DNA from: a bacterium
Lineage (GTDB): Bacteria; Hydrothermota; 32-111
Length of the DNA: 21,266 nucleotides
Direction of reading: 5' to 3'
NCBI GenBank assembly: GCA_050239825.1
Contig: JBFXGO010000003.1
Location: 1-21,266, forward strand
The notes beneath the pieces are model-generated. The model had not been told where the DNA came from and searched no databases. It saw nothing but the letters and a program-made list of their open reading frames with translations. Position 1 is the stretch's first letter; every line of letters begins with the position of its first letter. The translations under genes and the position numbers were made by a program. Positions 17,391 to 21,266 of the stretch are shown here, piece by piece.

Positions 17391-18001
17391 TGGCAGTAAA
17401 TATAGCGATATTCATATCAGGAAGGGGCTCCAATATGGAGTCCCTTCTCAGAAAATCTGAAGAGGCGGGTCTTGACATCAAATTTACAGTCGTTTCCGAC
17501 AATGCCGATGCTGAAGGATTGAGGATAGCGGAAAAGATGGGAGTTAAAACAATATTTTTGGAGAATTGCGCCAATGGCTGGAAGCTCACTGAAGAGAATG
17601 CAGTGAGCATTGAATCTCTTATAAGGGAAAACCGCATATCCCGGGTGTTTCTCGCCGGTTTCATGCGAATAATCCCCGAATCTCTTATTAAAAAACATCC
17701 GCTTATGTTCGTCAACATACATCCCTCTCTATTGCCTTCATTCAAGGGTAAAGAGGCTCAGAAAGATGCTTTTGAATATGGAGTAAAAGTCAGCGGGTGC
17801 ACCGTTCATTTTGTTGACGAAGGAGTAGATACGGGTCCGATTATAATGCAGAAAAGCGTTGACATATCGGACTGCACAAATACAGATGAAGTAAAGAGTG
17901 TTATTTTGGAGACAGAGCATTTGCTTTACTTTCAGGCTATGAGAATGCTTTTAGAAAAAAATTTCTCTGTTGAGGGAAGAAGGGTAATCTTTGGCAATTA
18001 A
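17387..18001 (+). CDS. purN: phosphoribosylglycinamide formyltransferase
   Basis: ISGRGSNM, LAGFMRI, NIHPSLLPSFKG, GCTVHFVDEGVDTGPII. Start is GTG 17387 or ATG 17390. Confidence 0.96.
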   Translation: MMAVNIAIFISGRGSNMESLLRKSEEAGLDIKFTVVSDNADAEGLRIAEKMGVKTIFLENCANGWKLTEENAVSIESLIRENRISRVFLAGFMRIIPESLIKKHPLMFVNIHPSLLPSFKGKEAQKDAFEYGVKVSGCTVHFVDEGVDTGPIIMQKSVDISDCTNTDEVKSVILETEHLLYFQAMRMLLEKNFSVEGRRVIFGN

Positions 18002-19514
18002 CATTATCTTTCATATCCTTATTCCGGTACTATTTTTTCTCTCGTTTCAGATAAAATCTGCAGGGATAAGTTTCATAGCGATTTATGCATTCATGCTTTA
18101 TTTCCTTTCAGCGCGGATTGAAAATAAAAAAACTTTCAGATCCACCTTCATTATATTCTTTCTCTTCTGGCTGATGATGCTCAATTGGCTTTTGGTTATA
18201 AATGTAAATCTGACACCTCTTCAGAGAGTCCTTATCGGGATTGGATGGATATTTCTTTCTGCTTTAATGGGCTTGGTATGGTCTGTTCCGTTCTCTTTCA
18301 TATCTATTAAAAACAGGGAAATTTATCTGCTTCCGGTCGCCTTGTCTGCGGTTGAGTATCTGTTAAGCTCTACGAGAGACCTCTCATTTCTTTGGGTGAC
18401 TCCATCAACAGCAGTTATAGATTATCCGGTGTTTATTCAGACTGCTGATCTCGGCGGTTCCTATCTTGTCTCTCTTTTGGTGATAATGTTCGCAGTGATT
18501 CTCTTTCGGCTTTTCAGCATAAAACGCGATACATTCGACAAAATGCTCTTCGCAATTCTCCTATTTTCAGTAATCATCTACGGATCTATTAGAATAAGCG
18601 AAGATTATGAAGGAGAGAGAATTAATGTGACTGTCGTTCAGCCGAATATTCCCGGCGAAATGAAGGAATCCTACAGGGAGTTCATAGAATTCAGGTTCAA
18701 TTCAATCAAAGAGAATCTGAAGAAAGCAGAGAGTCAGGACGGAGAACTTGTTATATTTCCTGAAACAGCTTCTCCCGTTTATCTTTCAAAAAACTCAAAC
18801 AATCAGATAAAACAATACCTTCAGGATTTTACGGATTCGACCGGCAAATCAATACTGATAGGCGGCCTCACTTATGAGTATGGAGAGAAAAGAAATAATG
18901 ACAGATATTTCAACTCTGCATTTTATTTCTCGCGGGGAGAGACTATACAGACATATCATAAAATAAGGTGCGTGCCCTTTGTTGAAAGAATGCCCTACGA
19001 AGAGAAGCTCAAGTTCCTCAGAAAAATCGATTACGGACAGGGGGGGTACTCTGTCGGAGCAAAACAAACAATTTTGGATTCTGCAGGCAGTAGAATATCA
19101 GCATATATCTGCTTCGAATCAATCTTTCCGACTTATGTTTCATCATTTGCAAAAAACGGAGCGAAACTTCTTGTGAATATATCCGAGGATGCATGGTTCA
19201 TCAAGGGAATCGGCGCGAAACAGCATTTTCAGGCTGGAATATTAAGGGCTGTTGAAAACAGGAGATGGCTGGTTAGGTCGTCAAATCCCGGGTACTCTGC
19301 TGTGATTGACCCCACGGGAAGGATTATCTATCGGACTGTTCTTAATACGGCAGAAGTATTTACAGAAGAGGTTGTGCTTATCGATAAACTGACATTTTTT
19401 GCTTCTTCGGGAAATCTTCTCCCTAAATTGTTTCTCATTACCGCTTTATTGACTTTAATAGTAAAAATATTACGGAGGAAAAATGACAAATCCAAGATTG
19501 AGAATAGCGCCTAG
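17991..19514 (+). CDS. lnt: apolipoprotein N-acyltransferase
   Basis: N-terminal transmembrane helices, Q.ADLGG, VQPNI and the nitrilase triad FPET / YHK..VPF.E / ICFES, plus DAWF, QH and RAVENRR. TTG start uncertain. Confidence 0.93.
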   Translation: MAINIIFHILIPVLFFLSFQIKSAGISFIAIYAFMLYFLSARIENKKTFRSTFIIFFLFWLMMLNWLLVINVNLTPLQRVLIGIGWIFLSALMGLVWSVPFSFISIKNREIYLLPVALSAVEYLLSSTRDLSFLWVTPSTAVIDYPVFIQTADLGGSYLVSLLVIMFAVILFRLFSIKRDTFDKMLFAILLFSVIIYGSIRISEDYEGERINVTVVQPNIPGEMKESYREFIEFRFNSIKENLKKAESQDGELVIFPETASPVYLSKNSNNQIKQYLQDFTDSTGKSILIGGLTYEYGEKRNNDRYFNSAFYFSRGETIQTYHKIRCVPFVERMPYEEKLKFLRKIDYGQGGYSVGAKQTILDSAGSRISAYICFESIFPTYVSSFAKNGAKLLVNISEDAWFIKGIGAKQHFQAGILRAVENRRWLVRSSNPGYSAVIDPTGRIIYRTVLNTAEVFTEEVVLIDKLTFFASSGNLLPKLFLITALLTLIVKILRRKNDKSKIENSA

Positions 19515-20907
19515 CCCAACAGGCTATCTGCATGTGGGAACAGCCAGAACAGCTCTATACAATTATTTGTACGCAAGGCAGAAGGGCGGAGTCTTTGTGC
19601 TGAGGATAGAGGACACTGATGTTGAGCGCTCTTCTAAGGAGATGACAGAGATAATAATTGAGGGGCTGAAATGGCTCGGATTAAACCATGACGAGGGACC
19701 GTTTTTTCAGTCGGATTATTTTAAGCATTATACGGACTATATTCCTCAGCTGGAGAAGACGGGAGGCATCTACAGATGCTTTTGCACCCCTTCGGAGCTT
19801 GAAGAGAGAAAACAGAGAGTGATAGCGGAAAAAAAAGCGTGGAAATATGACAGAAGATGCCTTCATCTTTCGGAAGATGAAATCAAGAAAAATCTTGAAG
19901 AGAAGAAGCCCTATGCATGGAGGGTGAGAATACCTGAGGGCAAGACAAATTATGATGACCTTATACACGGAGTTATTGAAAAGGATAACAGCGAGATTGA
20001 GGATTTTGTAATTGTCAGGAGCGACAATACTCCGGTGTATAATTTTGCAGTAGTTATCGATGATTTCAGAATGAAGATAACTCATGTCGTAAGGGGAGAT
20101 GACCATATATCCAACACATTCAAACAACTGCACATATACAAACTTCTCAATGCAGAACCGCCTTGTTTTGCGCATCTGCCTCTGATACTTGATGAGAACA
20201 AGGCAAAACTTTCAAAGAGAACCGGAACTGTGTCTGTGCTTGCATTCAGAGATATGGGAGTGCTTCCCGAAGCATTTGTGAATTTTATTGCGCTCATCGG
20301 ATGGAATCCCGGAGGAGACAAAGAGATTATGTCGCTTGATGAGATGACAAAACTCTTTTCGTTTGAGAAGGTGACAAAGAAGGGTGGAGTTTTTGATTAC
20401 AAAAAGCTCGAATGGATGAATTCAAAATACATTACGAATTATGACTCTCACAAACTGCTTGAACTTACGAAGCCTTTTTTTAGAGAGGCGGGAATTGATA
20501 TTTCAAAAACCGATGAAACCACACTTGCCAAAATAATGGACAGCGTAAAAGAAAAAGCAAGATATCTTAAAGATATACCTCAGTTGACAAGATTCTTTTT
20601 TGAAGATGTGAAAGAATTGGATGAAAAAGGGAAGGCAAAATACCTCACTCCTGACAGAATTGAGCACCTTAGAATTTTAAGGGAAAAGTTGAAAAATGCG
20701 GATGTTTTCACCCATGATTCTGTGGAGAATATCTATAAGAATTATGCAGAGGAAAAAGCCCTCAAAGGCGGTGACATAATACATCCCACTAGAATGGCTC
20801 TTTCGGGAAAAACCGAAGGTCCATCGTTATTTTTAATGATGGAGATAATGGGTAAAGAAGAGGTCTTATCACGCTTGACAAAAATCATAGAATCTGATAT
20901 ATTATAG
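19483..20907 (+). CDS. gltX: glutamate--tRNA ligase
   Basis: RIAPSPTGYLHVG (HIGH), LRIEDTD, CFC...YDRRC, THVVRGDDH, KLSKR (KMSKS), R.ALSG...GPSL. Confidence 0.98.
   Translation: MTNPRLRIAPSPTGYLHVGTARTALYNYLYARQKGGVFVLRIEDTDVERSSKEMTEIIIEGLKWLGLNHDEGPFFQSDYFKHYTDYIPQLEKTGGIYRCFCTPSELEERKQRVIAEKKAWKYDRRCLHLSEDEIKKNLEEKKPYAWRVRIPEGKTNYDDLIHGVIEKDNSEIEDFVIVRSDNTPVYNFAVVIDDFRMKITHVVRGDDHISNTFKQLHIYKLLNAEPPCFAHLPLILDENKAKLSKRTGTVSVLAFRDMGVLPEAFVNFIALIGWNPGGDKEIMSLDEMTKLFSFEKVTKKGGVFDYKKLEWMNSKYITNYDSHKLLELTKPFFREAGIDISKTDETTLAKIMDSVKEKARYLKDIPQLTRFFFEDVKELDEKGKAKYLTPDRIEHLRILREKLKNADVFTHDSVENIYKNYAEEKALKGGDIIHPTRMALSGKTEGPSLFLMMEIMGKEEVLSRLTKIIESDIL
20875..20903 (+). promoter_or_regulatory. sigma70-type promoter for the tRNA pair, embedded in the gltX 3' end
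   Basis: TTGACA (20875-20880), 17 bp spacer, TATATT (20898-20903), with extended -10 TG at 20895-20896. It ends 16 nt before tRNA-Glu. Confidence 0.75.
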
Positions 20908-20919
20908 CACTTGAAATGT

Positions 20920-20994
20920 GGCGGTATCGTCTAGGGGCTAGGACGTGTGGTTCTCAGCCATAAAACCGGGGTTCGATTCCCCGTACCGCTACCA
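20920..20994 (+). tRNA. tRNA-Glu (anticodon CTC), CCA encoded
   Basis: Acceptor GGCGGTA/TACCGCT, anticodon arm TGTGG-TTCTCAG-CCATA, 4-nt variable loop, T arm CGGGG-TTCGATT-CCCCG, 3' ACCA. Confidence 0.95.
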
Positions 20995-21051
20995 AAGTTA
21001 AGGGGACGGTGCTTGACTTCTTGACTTCTTCAACTTAATTCAAAAACAGAT

Positions 21052-21122
21052 TGGGGAGTCGTCCAACGGCAGGACTCATGACTCTGGATCATGCTATCGG
21101 GGTTCGAATCCCTGCTCCCCAG
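21052..21122 (+). tRNA. tRNA-Gln (anticodon CTG), CCA not encoded
   Basis: Acceptor TGGGGAG/CTCCCCA (U1-A72), anticodon arm CATGA-CTCTGGA-TCATG, T arm CGGGG-TTCGAAT-CCCTG, discriminator G. Confidence 0.95.
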
Positions 21123-21130
21123 AAAATATA

Positions 21131-21159
21131 GACCGTGCGAAAGCACGGTTTTTTATTTT
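21131..21159 (+). terminator. intrinsic terminator, possibly bidirectional
   Basis: GACCGTGC-GAAA-GCACGGTT hairpin followed by TTTTATTTT. A-rich AAAATATA lies on the 5' side. Confidence 0.85.
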
Positions 21160-21265
21160 GGGAGCGGGATTCGAACTAAACGCGAAGCGTTTAGAAACCA
21201 CAGGTTTCACCCAGAAGGGGTTCGTTGTTCATTCTGATGAACCATGAAATCATCCCTGCTCCAAA
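21157..21265. repeat. tRNA-3'-end-derived structured element with terminal inverted repeats (function unknown)
   Basis: TTTGGGAGCGGGAT (21157-21170) pairs with ATCCCTGCTCCAAA (21252-21265), enclosing four hairpins. Both ends match the 3' end of the adjacent tRNA-Gln. Confidence 0.7.
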
Positions 21266-21266
21266 G

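Noticed and set aside
17387..18001. Orphan purN as a sugar formyltransferase linked to glycosylation
   Set aside because: It has all canonical PurN motifs including the GAR phosphate-binding SGRGSN loop. Dispersed pur genes are common.
12..20321. Numerous minus-strand and short alternative-frame ORFs in the track (e.g. 8267-8827, 3691-4140, 19681-20175)
   Set aside because: All lie over well-supported + strand genes, lack recognisable motifs and look like shadow ORFs.
21013..21041. TTGACT boxes before tRNA-Gln as a separate promoter
   Set aside because: There is no convincing -10 at 16-18 bp, and the sequence is better explained by the spacer hairpin.
21156..21266. Possible third tRNA on the minus strand (ends ...GTTCGAATCCCGCTCCCAAAA)
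   Set aside because: No proper T stem, D arm or 7-nt anticodon loop can be drawn. It is reported as a tRNA-derived element instead.
1..21266. CRISPR array, IS/transposase, integrase, reverse transcriptase or defence system
   Set aside because: No repeat-spacer periodicity or matching protein motifs were seen within the window.

Overview
AT-rich bacterial chromosome segment with every credible gene on the + strand. The type IX secretion system (T9SS) cargo tail, the PorV-like barrel, Lnt and the canonical sigma70 promoters suggest a diderm bacterium from the FCB neighbourhood, possibly a WOR-3/TA06-like candidate lineage (inference only). Gene order: 3' part of a T9SS C-terminal-domain (CTD) protein; rpmB; a tightly coupled ~12.8 kb run of porV-like, truB, ribF, rpsO, pnp, M16 peptidase, dut, PatA/LpxL-like acyltransferase, PimA-like GT4, polysaccharide deacetylase, UbiA prenyltransferase, secreted helical protein and GT4-like gene; a second run of lipoprotein, barrel-OmpA fusion, purN, lnt and gltX; then tRNA-Glu(CTC), tRNA-Gln(CTG) and a terminator. 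Four observations stand out. (1) A highly structured ~110 nt element after tRNA-Gln, built from an inverted copy and an interrupted direct copy of the tRNA 3' end. (2) Strong enrichment of the Bacteroidota-type O-glycosylation sequon D-(S/T)-hydrophobic in the exported proteins. (3) An unassigned glycolipid-type gene cassette embedded in a housekeeping operon. (4) A barrel/Ig-like/OmpA fusion resembling a T9SS envelope anchor. No CRISPR array, transposase or integrase is visible.
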